DNA of 64,000 bases. It comes from Octopus sinensis (lineage: Eukaryota). Location: positions 131,688,001-131,752,000 of the forward strand of contig NC_042999.1 of the NCBI RefSeq assembly GCF_006345805.1. The letters run 5' to 3'. A program made the position numbers and the translations under genes. Below are positions 1 to 11,023 of the stretch, piece by piece; the stretch's first letter is position 1, and the number at the start of each line of letters is the position of its first letter. The notes beneath the pieces are model-generated. The model did not search any database. It saw only the letters and a program-made list of their open reading frames with translations, and was not told the DNA's origin.

Positions 1-231
1 AAAAAGTTTACATAAGACAGGCGTACAAACCATTACAAACATACTGATTTATTTAGATATGCTTCAGGTCACACCCCGTAAATTATAACTCTGAACTACC
101 TATTGTTTGTCAGCATAAAATTAATATTAACCGGAAAATAATATACAACCATATACACATGAACTGGCATTAAATTATTATTTTTTTTATCTCCCTCCCG
201 CATTCCTTTTTAACCTTCTTACAGAAAATTT

Positions 232-455
232 ATATTCCTTTCTTCTAAAGGCACAAAGCCTGAAATTTTGAGGAAGTGGGTAGGTCGATTACATCGCCTC
301 CAGTATAGAACTGGTACTTACTTTATCGACCCCCAAATGGAAGAAAGGCAAAGTCGATCTCGGCGGAATTTAAACACAAAAAAAAAAAATAAAGACGGAT
401 GAAATGCCGCTAAGCAATTTGTCCGGCGCGCTAACGATTCTACCAGTTCGCCGCC
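232..455 (-). mobile_element. tRNA-derived SINE, family M (MetaSINE-like central domain), representative copy
   Basis: Minus-strand head GGCGGCGAACTGGTAGAATCGTTAGC, central GTCGA..TTTGCCTTTC.TCC..GGGGTCGATAAA..AGTACCAG, tail TTTCAGGCTTTGTGCC..AGAAGA. The same module recurs >25 times in the window. Confidence 0.85.
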
Positions 456-995
456 TAACTTTTAGATTGAAAAAGATAGAGAAAAATATTAACAGTGTAC
501 AGCCGAACTTTTCTTTATTTTACGTCCCTCTTAATGACGTCCGTTTTTAGAGGGAGTGTGTGACTGTATTCGTGAGTAACCGAGACGGTTTGTGCATACG
601 TCTGTGTGTTGCGTTGGTAATATTACTGGGTATTAGAGGTATATAATATTGTTATGAGAGAAGTATAATCTCATTCCTGCGTGTCATTTCAACTGTTGAC
701 AAGCGTCACGGTTGGTTGGCGATTTTGCTCTCTACTGTATCATGTCAACTCACTCACTGCATGTTGGCACAGATCGTCGACAGTCGATTACAATTGACGT
801 CAGTTACTGGGCTGGTACTAAATTTTTAATCATCCTCAGAAAGATGAATGCCAAAATAATAATAATAATTCTACGGGATTTGAACTCACCAGAACAAATG
901 CAGTAAAGCAGTAAATTTTTGTACGAAACCTAATTTTGTAAATCTGTCACCATTGTATTATTCCTAAGCTAGTCACAAGTTATTGTCTGTCTGTC

Positions 996-1009
996 TTTCT
1001 CTCTCTCCC

Positions 1010-1058
<49 letters not shown>

Positions 1059-1077
1059 GCACACACACACACACACA

Positions 1078-1116
<39 letters not shown>
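996..1116. repeat. (CA)n microsatellite
   Basis: Direct reading of sequence. Confidence 0.95.
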
Positions 1117-1118
<2 letters not shown>

Positions 1119-1390
1119 TAAATATAGGTAATCAATAAAAAGGAGGAAAGATGACCTATGAATGATGCTGCATTGAGAGGACTGATGACTGAAGTGAGTA
1201 ACAACGGTCGGCGGTGTAGGTGAGCTGTCCAGAGATGACTAATAATGGTGCGGCAAGGGTGACTCATGACAATAATCTCGACTGTCGACATTTGTGACAA
1301 ACCTAGTTTTCCGTATGAAACTTTTCCAAAGAGACGCATCTAACATTTTTAAAACTACAGTTGATTATTTAGCATGCTAGAAGGAAGTCA

Positions 1391-1410
1391 TATATATGTA
1401 TGTGTGCGTG

Positions 1411-1441
<31 letters not shown>

Positions 1442-1500
1442 ATATATGTATATATATATATATATATATGTATGTATATATATATATATATATACATACA

Positions 1501-1533
<33 letters not shown>

Positions 1534-1598
1534 GTGTCTGCGTTTATTTTGTTGCCACGTGGTGTATACTGATATTACAGCATTTTTGCTCCTTTTTA

Positions 1599-1654
<56 letters not shown>

Positions 1655-1700
1655 CACACACACACGCACAAACAAACATGCATTATACACACACACACTT
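1391..1700. repeat. compound (TA)n/(TACA)n/(TC)n/(CA)n microsatellite
   Basis: Direct reading; source of the spurious YI-rich ORFs. Confidence 0.95.
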
Positions 1701-2280
1701 ATACATACATACAAATACACACGTTTGTGTATGATTACATATATATTCAATGATATTTATTAGACGTGTGTTAAAAATTCGTCTCTGTTGGTGTTGCTAG
1801 TAACACTTTCGAATAAGGAGAAATAATCTCGAATCGTGTCTTTTTCATTCGCAAAATGAGCCCCCTTTAATTTTGCTCAGATTGCTTTCAATTTTGGTGT
1901 ATCGAATCAACTCTGAATTTTGATTACGATCAACCAATCACTTTATCTCGTAAATTAAAGAATCTGATGTTCTTTGGAATTAAAGTTGGGAAATTTGGGT
2001 AATTTTAGCCAATCAACAGATAGCAAGGCATTAACAGCTTGTTACTATGACAACCGCACATTGTGTTGTGTTCCACCCGCATGTTGTATTGATTCTTCAC
2101 ACCATGAGATTTACTTCACCCGCGTGTTTTGTTTTGATAAAAATATATATTTATCAATTAGAATTTTGTTATACATATTTTTCGTCAGTTGTCTTAATAC
2201 TTTACATATTTTTCATATATAGCGATGTTTATACAATTTCTTGGAATTATGAAGGTGAATGGAATATGTGAACTTAGTAC

Positions 2281-2775
2281 AGATTTAAAAAATAATTTTT
2301 TGTAACTAAACACTTTCAAACTCCGAACACTGGTAGAATGTGTCATATAAAACATCTTTTACTCTTAGCGTTTTTGAGAAAAGCTTATATTTAGGAAGTT
2401 ATTTCACGTCAAAGTTGTCGTATTTCGGTAATTTCAACCAATCAATGACGTGTATTGAGCTGAATGAAATTACTGCCGTTGTTTGTCAACAACAACTATC
2501 GGCGGTGTATTTTTCGTTTGTCATTGTTATTTATGTCATCGTTCGTGCGTTTGTACAGGTTTTAGCTTTAAGGTTTTAGGGTTAGGGTTAGGGTTTTAGC
2601 GTTAGGGTGTTAGGGTTAGGATTTTAGGGTTAAGGTTTTAGGGTTAGGGTTAGGGCTGTCATAAATAACAGTGACAAATGAAATATACATCGCCGGGAGT
2701 TCTTGTTGACAAGCAGCAGCTGTAATTTTATTCAGCTTAATACACGTCATTGATTGGTTGAAATTACCGAAATAC
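2281..2775. mobile_element. TTAGGG-cored fold-back (MITE-like) element, copy 1
   Basis: Arms 2420-2538 and 2657-2775 are inverted repeats around a degenerate (TTAGGG)n tract at 2561-2655; 2281-2538 is homologous to 40436-40690. Confidence 0.7.
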
Positions 2776-2795
2776 CTTCACGAGGTTTCGTGGCG

Positions 2796-2990
2796 TATAT
2801 ATCCCCCACCTGGACAGGACGCTGGTCCATTGAAGGATTACCCATTTTTGCCTGCTGAGTGGACTGGAGTAACATGAAATAGAGTGTCTTGCTCAAGAAC
2901 ATAACGCGTCGCTCGATCCAGGAATCGAAATCACAATCTTACGATCATGAGTTCAAACCCTAACCACTAAGTCACCCACCTCCACTTAGC
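2796..2990 (-). mobile_element. tRNA-derived SINE, family V (head GGCTTAGTGGTTAGGG.., core CTCCAGTCCACTCAGC)
   Basis: A-box/B-box-like head on minus strand; related copies at about 28290-28458(-), 30030-30210(+), 41500-41620(+), 58549-58727(-), 63480-63620(-). Confidence 0.7.
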
Positions 2991-3034
2991 GACGCATTTG
3001 CACCATTACTGAATCCAATTCTTGAATCCTCTAT

Positions 3035-3466
3035 GAAAAAGTTCAATGCCTCCCAACCACATGGTTCCGGGGTTCAGTCCTACTGCGTCGCACCTTGGGT
3101 AAGTGTCTTCTATTATAGCCTTGTGAGTGGACTTGGTAGACGCAAACTGAAAGAAGACCGTCGTATACACATGTGTGTATGTGTGTGTGAGAGAGTGAGA
3201 GAGAGAGAGAGAAAGAGGGAGAGAGATAATGTGTGTGTATGTGTGTGTGCGCGCGCGCGCCTTTGTGTCCCTGTTTTGCCCCTCCTCCACTGCTGGACAA
3301 CCGGTGTTGGTGTATTTACGTCCCCGTAAGTTAGCGGTTCGGCAACAGAGACCAATAGAATAAGTACCAGGTTAAAAAAAAAATAAGTACTAAGGATCGA
3401 TTCATTCAACTGAGAAAAAACGGTGCCCCAGCATGGCCGCAGTCTAATTACTGAAGCAAGTAAAAT
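3035..3466 (+). mobile_element. tRNA-derived SINE, family O (CORE/OR2-like)
   Basis: ..CCCAACCACATGGTTCCGGGGTTCAGTCC..CACCTTGGGTAAGTGTCTTC.., internal (TG)n(GA)n, tail GGTGCCCCAGCATGGCCGCAGTC..CTGAAGCAAGTAAAA. Confidence 0.85.
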
Positions 3467-4049
3467 GTCTGTATTGTCGTGCCCAACTCTTTCACAGCTA
3501 CTTCTATCTTGTCTGTATCAGCAATCAAATCGTTGACCCTGAAGAATGTCATACATTAAACCAAACACACGAAAGCGGCCATACTGGTCCAAGTTAAAAT
3601 TTTCATTGAAAAACATATGCGTAGCAGGTGCTAAAACAAGAAAAACAAAAAAAAAACAAAAAAAAAAAAAAAAAATTTACACAGTTCAAGAACAAAACTA
3701 TTTCATCTCTGTAGCTTTCAAGTGCAAAAGTCTAACATCTTGACAGCTAAATCTACTCTTTTTCTTCTTTACCGAAGAATTTTTAGAAATTCGTGTCTAG
3801 ATTGGAGTCAGTTCTTCTATTTGAACTGCGGGTGCTTTTCAATATATAGCAAAAAAACATTGAAAAACATTGCCATGGGCCAATGGTCACGTGTACCAAC
3901 TCTTCTTTTTGTAGAATTGTAGTGCATAATTATTTCATCCCCGGTAGTTTGGATCATGTTCAATGCTTCAAGAGAATTCATATTTGTTTTTGCAATTCCA
4001 GAATCACAAAAAATTTCAATTTTTTCAAAAAAAAAAAAATCTGTATATA

Positions 4050-4440
4050 TGGGCGCAGTTATGGCTGTGTAGTAAGACGCTTGCTTTCCAACATGGTTCC
4101 AGGTTCAGTCCCAGTGCGTGGAACCTTGGCCAATTGTCTTCTATTATAGCCTCGGGCCGACCAAAGCCTTGTAAGTGGATTTGGCAGACGAAAACTGAAA
4201 AAAGCCTGTCGTATATATATGCATGTATGTGTGTGTGTGCGTGTCACGACCGCTTGATAACCGGTGTTGGTCTGTTTACCTCCCCCGTAACTTAGCGGTT
4301 CGGCAATAGATATCAACAGAATAAGTACCAGGCTTTAAAGAAAATAAGTACTGGCGCCGATTCATTCAACTGAGAATTCTTTAAGGTGGTGGCCCAGCAT
4401 AACTGCAGTCCAATGATTGAAACAAGTAAAAGATAAAAGA
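4050..4440 (+). mobile_element. SINE family O
   Basis: Same head, core and tail as 3035-3466. Confidence 0.85.
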
Positions 4441-4734
4441 TATATAGGGGAAAAGAAAATTCTAGAAGACTCGAGAAGTTCCCGCACACTAATGAAAACT
4501 CGAAAATATGTTTCTTGATTCGAATTTATTATTTTTATCTTCTAAATAAGACACACTATCGACAGGACCACAGTGGTCCACTCTTTGTTTTCATGAAACT
4601 TTTTTAAAATTCAAAGCCCAAACTGAAAAGGAAAAGATTTTTTTTCCTCCAAAAGATTTTGAACGAGAATTTCAAGATATAGTGTTAATGTACAACATCA
4701 TTGGTTTAAATTAAGTAATGTTTTATATAGGCAC

Positions 4735-4861
4735 AGGTATGGTGGTGTGGTAAGAAGCTTGCTTCCCAACTAGATGGTTCCAGGTGCAGTCCCACTATAG
4801 CCTCGGGCCGACCAAAGCCTTGTGAATGGATTTGGTATACGGAAACTGGAAAAAGCCCGAC

Positions 4862-4911
<50 letters not shown>

Positions 4912-5130
4912 TGTGTGTGTGTGTGTGTATGCATGAGTGTGTTTGTGCCTGAGTTTGTCCAAACCACCGCTTGACAACCGGTGTTGTGTTTACGTCTCCG
5001 TAACTTAGCGGTCCGGTAAAAGTGATTGAATAAGTATAATGCTTTAAAAAATAACTTCTGAGGTCGATTCGTTCGACTAAAATTCTTCAAGCCTGTGTCC
5101 CAGCATGGCTGCAGTCTGATGACTGAAAGA
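4735..5130 (+). mobile_element. SINE family O
   Basis: Same modules with an expanded internal (TG)n. Further full or partial copies at about 5530-5690(-), 6960-7160(+), 8410-8570(-), 11950-12090(-), 27525-27640(+), 40200-40410(-), 44205-44570(-), 48310-48510(-), 49820-49975(-), 50730-51105(-), 59040-59215(+), 60395-60500(-). Confidence 0.85.
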
Positions 5131-5773
5131 AAACACACACACACACACAGACACACACACACACACACACACCACACACACACACACACACAGTGTACAC
5201 AAAGTACCTTTACAATCTGAAAAATACAAGAGAAAAAAAAAAGGAGTAACTCAGCAGGTTGCATGCTACCAATGGCGCCCACGTGGAAGTGTTTTGATGT
5301 TGCTTGTGAAAGTTTATTTGTTTGCCTATGTTTTCCATCACTATTTTTTCCCTGAATTTTTCAAATTGTAAAGGTAATTGATGTATATATATATATATAT
5401 GTATATGTAATAAGTAGTTGGGGGTAAATCCCAGCTGTTTCTTCTTGAAGCACATCAACTTATTCCATTATTACAATCCAGGATGTAATCTGAGTTGCTT
5501 CTGTAAATTACTTTGTTTATATATATATTTGTTCGACGGGTTTCTTTCAGTTTCCGTCTATCACATTCACCCAGAAGGCCTAGGGCTATAGTAAAAAGCA
5601 CTTGCCCAAACTACCACGCAGTGGGACTGAACCCGAAATCACGTGATTGCAGAGCGAGTTTCTTAACCACACAGTCATACGTGCGACTATGAACCATGCC
5701 TAATTTGAATATTAAAAAAAGAGAGAATTTTTTGTAACTAATTAAAAAAATTTTTTTTTGATACGCATATACC

Positions 5774-5929
5774 TATTTCTATTTCTTTATTACCCACAAG
5801 GGGCTAAACACAGAGGGGATAAACAAGGACAGACATAGGTATTAAGTCGATTACATCGACCCCAGTGCGTAACTGGTACTTAATTTATCGACCCCGAAAG
5901 GATGAAAAGCAAAGTCGACCTCGGCGGAA
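5774..5929 (-). mobile_element. 5'-truncated family M SINE with Tx1-type tail and TSD
   Basis: Tail ..CCCCTTGTGGGTAATAAAGAAATAGAAATA; flanked by the direct repeat TTTTTGATACGCATATACC at 5755-5773 and 5930-5948. Confidence 0.85.
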
Positions 5930-6372
5930 TTTTTGATACGCATATACCGGTTACAGTTGATATATGATCTGTTTGTAGCTCTATTAATGACCAACTGCTC
6001 ATTTGCTACTATGGAAACTTACTCTGTTTACCTGAGAATTCGTGCATGAAAGAATGACTTAGTGATGTTGTTATTGATTAGTTTTTAATTAGATTTATCT
6101 AGTGATATTATCAAATATTCCACACTTCGTAATGTGTTATGTGCCAGTTTGTTCTAGTGTTCTGCTCTGATTGTTTTTTGACTCACTGAAATAAAGAAAA
6201 ACAGTCACGTTCGTTGCCTCGATTACTATTTGAATACTTTACCAGCAAAGCATGAATATTACAGGTGCAACATATAATTAGTAACAAATCCTTTAGTTTT
6301 AGCCTTCACTTGTGTTTTTTGTGCTTTTTTTTTTCTAAACAGACCGGACCACTGTAAGATAATTTTAGTTTA

Positions 6373-6889
6373 TATAGTACCGGACCTTTTATCCGTCTAC
6401 CATAAATCCGTAATTTCCAGAAATCCGGGAATGCTGTTCAACACCTGCCAATATATTGTATCCTATACTGAGTAAACATGTTTTAAAAGTTTGTTACTTT
6501 GTATACGATGTGTGAAAAATATTTGAGTTCTTTACTTTTATTGCGTTGATTAATAGGAATTAGACCTACTCTGCTTCAGAATTGTATTAATTTGTACCTA
6601 TCTGTTAAATAAAATCATGTTCTTTACTTTTCTTCTTTTAATTTTCATCCTATAAACATTATATCTTGATATATTTCAAGAATTTTAAGCAGATTAATAC
6701 ATATCAAACAGATTCTGCTTTAGAAATGTATTAATTTGAATCTTTTTCACACAATTTAGTTCTTTACTTTTCATAATTTATTTTATATTTTAAGTATATT
6801 TTTTTAGACCGTCTCTAGAAAACCGGAAAATCCAGAAATCTTGAGCGTTTCCAGTCACAAGCTTGTCGGATCATTGGTCCAGTACTGTA
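6373..6889. mobile_element. pogo/Tigger-like MITE
   Basis: TA|(C/T)AGTAC(C/T)GGACC....ATCCG imperfect terminal inverted repeats, TA flanks, AT-rich non-coding interior. Confidence 0.55.
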
Positions 6890-7404
6890 TTCCCCTCTGT
6901 CTAATAAGCCCCGTCTGAATTGCCCTCCCGAGATAAAGAACGTTTACAGAGTCGTTCATAAGTCACACATGATGTATGTGTTTGTCCCCTCATCACCGCT
7001 TGACAACCGGTGTTGGTGTGTTTACGACCCCGTAACTTAGCGGTCCAGTTAAAGAAACCGATAGAATAAGTACTAAGCTTACAAGGAATAAGTCCTGGGA
7101 TCGATTTGTTCGACTAAAATCCTTCAAGGTGGTACTCCAGCATGGCCGCAGTCAAATGATTTTCCAGTTTAGTTTCGGATTTATAAGTTTTATAATTTTT
7201 TTTATATAGTATTCCTCCTCTTTTATATTTAATCAATTACATCTTATATTTTTAGAAATATTGCATTTCTAAATCTCTCAGTTGTTGCCAACGTAATATG
7301 GTAGTCCCAGGAAAGGGAAGAATGCTACTGCTATTTAGCCTCAGGAAACGCCATTTCCAGTTGGTTATGTAACACAGGCGTACTATGTCCTTATGTTATC
7401 AAAC

Positions 7405-7520
7405 AGGGGAGATAAGCACCTCAATCCAGCAAAGCCAGCATCCCGAGACTAGTTTCAGAGTCATTGCTCTTCATCAGTGTGGAGTAGCTTGGCTTGCTAG
7501 CTGTCGATGCTTATTCACCT
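7405..7520 (-). ncRNA. minimal type-I hammerhead ribozyme motif (Penelope-type)
   Basis: Minus strand CTGATGA(7477-7471)-AGAG caatga CTCT-GAAA-CTAGTC; palindromic stem III ACTAGT, GTC triplet; long interrupted stem I with 2 proximal mismatches. Confidence 0.7.
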
Positions 7521-7639
7521 TTGAAAACATATAGAATTTCAAGTGATAACTGGAAATTTCAACGGGAAACGATGTTTCCTGGGGCTAAATATCAGTAACA
7601 TTCTTCCCTTTCGTTTTTAATAGTTAATGACTTTTAAAA

Positions 7640-8300
7640 ATCCTATAACTATATACATCCAAAGTAGCCATCCTCAATTTCCAGCCCGGCCTCAAGACTG
7701 CTTCGAAACCTGGTGTATGCATTCCTCACTGTGTCCCTGGGAAAATATGCGATCACCTTGATATTGGCCACCAGCTTTGCCGTGGTGTTGTTGACTGGGC
7801 GGTTGGTGCCTTTTTCAACGGAGCCTCACAATAGCAATCCTTGGAATTACAATCGGGGGATTAGGAGGCCAGATATTGGGGCTGGTGAAGTCGTAGAAAT
7901 TCTCCGACAACTACTTCTGGCTCTTTCCTGAGGTATGGCAATGAACCGAATCCTGTTGGAATACATATGTCCTTCAAGCAGTAACCTTCTTTGACCAGGG
8001 ATTGACCACAGTCTCCAGCAGCTTCACATAGCCGTCTAAATTGCGCCTAAAGCCCTGTTCAAAGATGTGGGGCGGCATGACTTCACTGGAGACGCACCCA
8101 AACACCATCACAGTTTGGGGGAACTTTCATGATGTCGTCCATGTTACATTTTACAGCCTTTACATTGTTCTCAGAGCATTGATTACTAGTCGGCATTTTG
8201 ATACCCGGCATGAATTGTCATGATACAGGTAATTCTTTTCCAAAATATGGGTGGCTTCTAATCCTCCATGTCTGCTAACTTTTTCTCAACTAAAATTTTA
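7640..8300 (-). pseudogene. degraded maT/DD37D-type Tc1/mariner transposase
   Basis: Manual minus-strand translation ..YVFQQDSVHCHTSGKSQK*LSENFYDFTSPNIWPPNPPDCN..; stops and frameshifts present. Confidence 0.75.
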
Positions 8301-9009
8301 ATCTTTATGCTCTCCAACGCCGTTGACTGTTCACCAATACATCAAGTTGTTCTTGAAATAAGGAGACATTAAAAAAATCGTCAAATTTAGCCCAAACACC
8401 TTATTTATATACGACGGTTTTTTTTCAGTTTCCGTCTACCAAATCCACTCACGAGGCTTTGGTCGACCGGGGGTGAAAGTAGAAGATACTTGCTCAAGGT
8501 GCCATGCAGTAGAACTGAAACCGTAACCATGTGGATGGGAAGCAAACTTCTCGCCACATAACCATAACTGTGCGTAATCGTATTAGAATCAATTCATGCA
8601 AACATTAAAATTATTTAATTATGAAAAAAAAAAGCGTTCGGGGTTGCGGACATGGTAGTGCTAGACTAAACGGCAAGTCGTATTTACTTGCCTCTCTTTA
8701 TATGCATAGCTCAAATCTTACCGAGCTTGACTCTGCCTTTCATCTCAGAGATCAATAAAATAGATAGCATTAATGTACTGTGGATCAAATCAATCAATTA
8801 TATTTCTTCTCTTTAAATTTTTGGTCGTGTGCTGAAGTTAGAAATCAATAAATGTTTATGTGACTTTCATCCTATTATAAATTATGTTTATTATAGTCAG
8901 TATCAGGCAATCTCATTAGTCATATCTTAATTTCTAATGAGAGACAGCTATTCTTTGTTAAACTGGACATTTTTCTTGTTGGCGTTTATGGTGTACCTAA
9001 TTAATCCCT

Positions 9010-9645
9010 TCTACTATAGTTACAAAATCTGAGATTTTGGAGAAGGTAGGTAGTAGATTGCATCGACTCCAGTGCTCAATTGGATAAAAGGATGAAAGAT
9101 AAAGTTGACCTCAGTGGAATTTGAACTGAGAACGTAAAGCCGGAAAAAATGTCGCTAAGCATTTGGTTCGTCATGCTAAAGATTCTGCTAGCTTGCCGTC
9201 TTAACAACAACAACAACAACGATAATCATTTCTGTTATAGGCACAAGGCCTGAAATTTTGGGGGAAAGGGCTATCCGATTACTTCGATTCTAGTGTTGTA
9301 TTGATATCTATTTTGTTGATCCTGAAAGGATGAAAGACAAAGTCGACCTCAGCGGAATTGGAACTCATAACGTATAGACGAATGAAATGCTGCTAAGCAT
9401 TTTGCCCGGCGTGCTAACCATTCTGGTAGCTCACCGCTTTTAATAGTAATCTTTTCTATTATAGGCACAAGGCCTGAAATTTACATCGACCCCCAATGTT
9501 CCACTTGTAATTATCTCACCGCCCCTGAAAGGATGAAAGACAAAGTCGACCTCGGCGGAATTCGAAGTGAGAACGTAAAGCCAAGAGAAATGCCATTAAG
9601 CATTTTGTCCGACGCACTAACCATTCTGCTAGCTCGCCGTCCTTA
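9010..9645 (-). mobile_element. tandem array of three family M SINEs
   Basis: Three head-to-tail copies separated by (AAC)n/(AAT)n-type spacers. Confidence 0.8.
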
Positions 9646-9914
9646 AGGTGCATTTAATGGTGGGAGAGAGTAGCAGATTAGTAGAATGGCTAGAAAGTCG
9701 AATAAATACCCTACAGTGTTGCAGACTTTTATGTACGGAGTTCAAATCTTGCCAAGGTCGATTTTCTCTTTCATCCTTCCGTAACATATAAGATAAGTAT
9801 CAATTGAATATTTGGATCGATACCGTCACTGTTTCCTTCCCCAATCAATATAATTGATCATCAGTAAATGGGGACGCATGATCATAGAAAGATCTAATCA
9901 ACAATTGGTGATGC

Positions 9915-10440
9915 CACTTAGCGTGCGGTCTACCAAGCCATTTATACTTTAGCGTGCAGTGTAAGCCTAATGCTGAAAAATAACCCTAGATCCTAATCCT
10001 ATACGCTATTCCTAAATCTAGACCAGTGATTCTCACTTGGGTCCATATAAAATTTTGTTTTTAAAATTTATGTGCAATAAATTGCTTATACATCCATAAT
10101 ACAAAAATATTTTAATTTTTTGTACAATTCCTAATAATATTTAATGATAAAAATACATGAAGATTTTTTTTATGTATACATCGAATGGCTATGGAGATCC
10201 AGTAGAGTTGAAATAAGAATCAAAAGGGTCCATAGGCACTAGTTGAGAACCACTACCCTAGACCCTAAACACAAACCTTATTCTTAAACTCTAACACTGA
10301 CTTAATCGTAGGTCCAAACTCTATCCCTAAGCCTTAGCCTCCTAACCCACATCAGGTATTTCACAGTGTAGACTACGGATACTGCGGTAAGACTGCACGC
10401 TAATGTAGCTCCTAATTGGCTCTGTCCGCACTAATGCGAG
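9915..10440. mobile_element. element with degenerate CCCTAA repeats and short inverted ends, interrupted by a hAT MITE
   Basis: TTAGCGTGC(A/G)GT motifs inverted at both ends; CCTAA-like repeats at 9981-10015 and 10256-10345. Confidence 0.45.
10024..10255. mobile_element. hAT (Charlie-like) MITE
   Basis: TIRs CAGTGATTCTCA / TGAGAACCACTA; 8-bp flanks ATCTAGAC and CCCTAGAC resemble the NTCTAGAN hAT-Charlie target. Confidence 0.7.
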
Positions 10441-10450
10441 GAAAACTAAG

Positions 10451-11023
10451 TACGAGGGTGAGTCAAAAAGTAATGCCATTTTGTTTAGGACAGGTATAAT
10501 TACCAGCACAGGAACCATGCATTATACACCAAAATGAAGCTGGTCCTCCGTGGATCACATCCCTACTTCTCAACATAGTCACCGTTTCTCTCAATAGCAA
10601 TATTCCACCTTCGAATGAGAGCATGTATCCCTGCCCCGTAAAATTATGTTGACTGTTCTTTGAGCCACTTCTTCACTACAGTTTTCACTCCTCGTCACTG
10701 GAATAATTTAGCGCTTTCAGACTATCATCTCTTCAGCCTCATGAAAGAGGGTTTGAGAGACAAACATTATTCCAGTGACGAAGAAGTGAAAACTGTAATG
10801 AAGATAGTGGCTCAAAGAACAGTCAACAGAATTTTACAGGGCAGGGATGCATGCTCTCATTCGAAGGTGGAACATTGCTATTGAGAGGAACGATGACCAT
10901 GTTGAGAAGTAGGGATGCGATCCACAGAGGACCAGCTTCATTTTGATGCATGATACACGTTCCTATGTTGGTAATTATGCCTGTCCTAAACAAAATGGCA
11001 TTACTTTTTGACTCACCCTCGTA
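10451..11023. mobile_element. mariner-derived fold-back MITE built from two 3' ends
   Basis: TA-flanked TIR CGAGGGTGAGTCAAAAAGTAATGCCATTTTG; arms about 10451-10708 and 10765-11023 are inverted copies of the transposase C-terminus; LALSDYHLF remnant in the spacer. Confidence 0.9.

Noticed and set aside
2561-2655. TTAGGG tracts as a telomere or chromosome fusion scar
   Set aside because: Short, degenerate and embedded in a dispersed fold-back element present twice in the window.
9820-9865. CTGATGA motifs on the minus strand here and at 52503-52509, and on the plus strand at 1184 and 5117
   Set aside because: No correctly spaced GAAA with stems I and III; they lie in SINE or unique DNA by chance.
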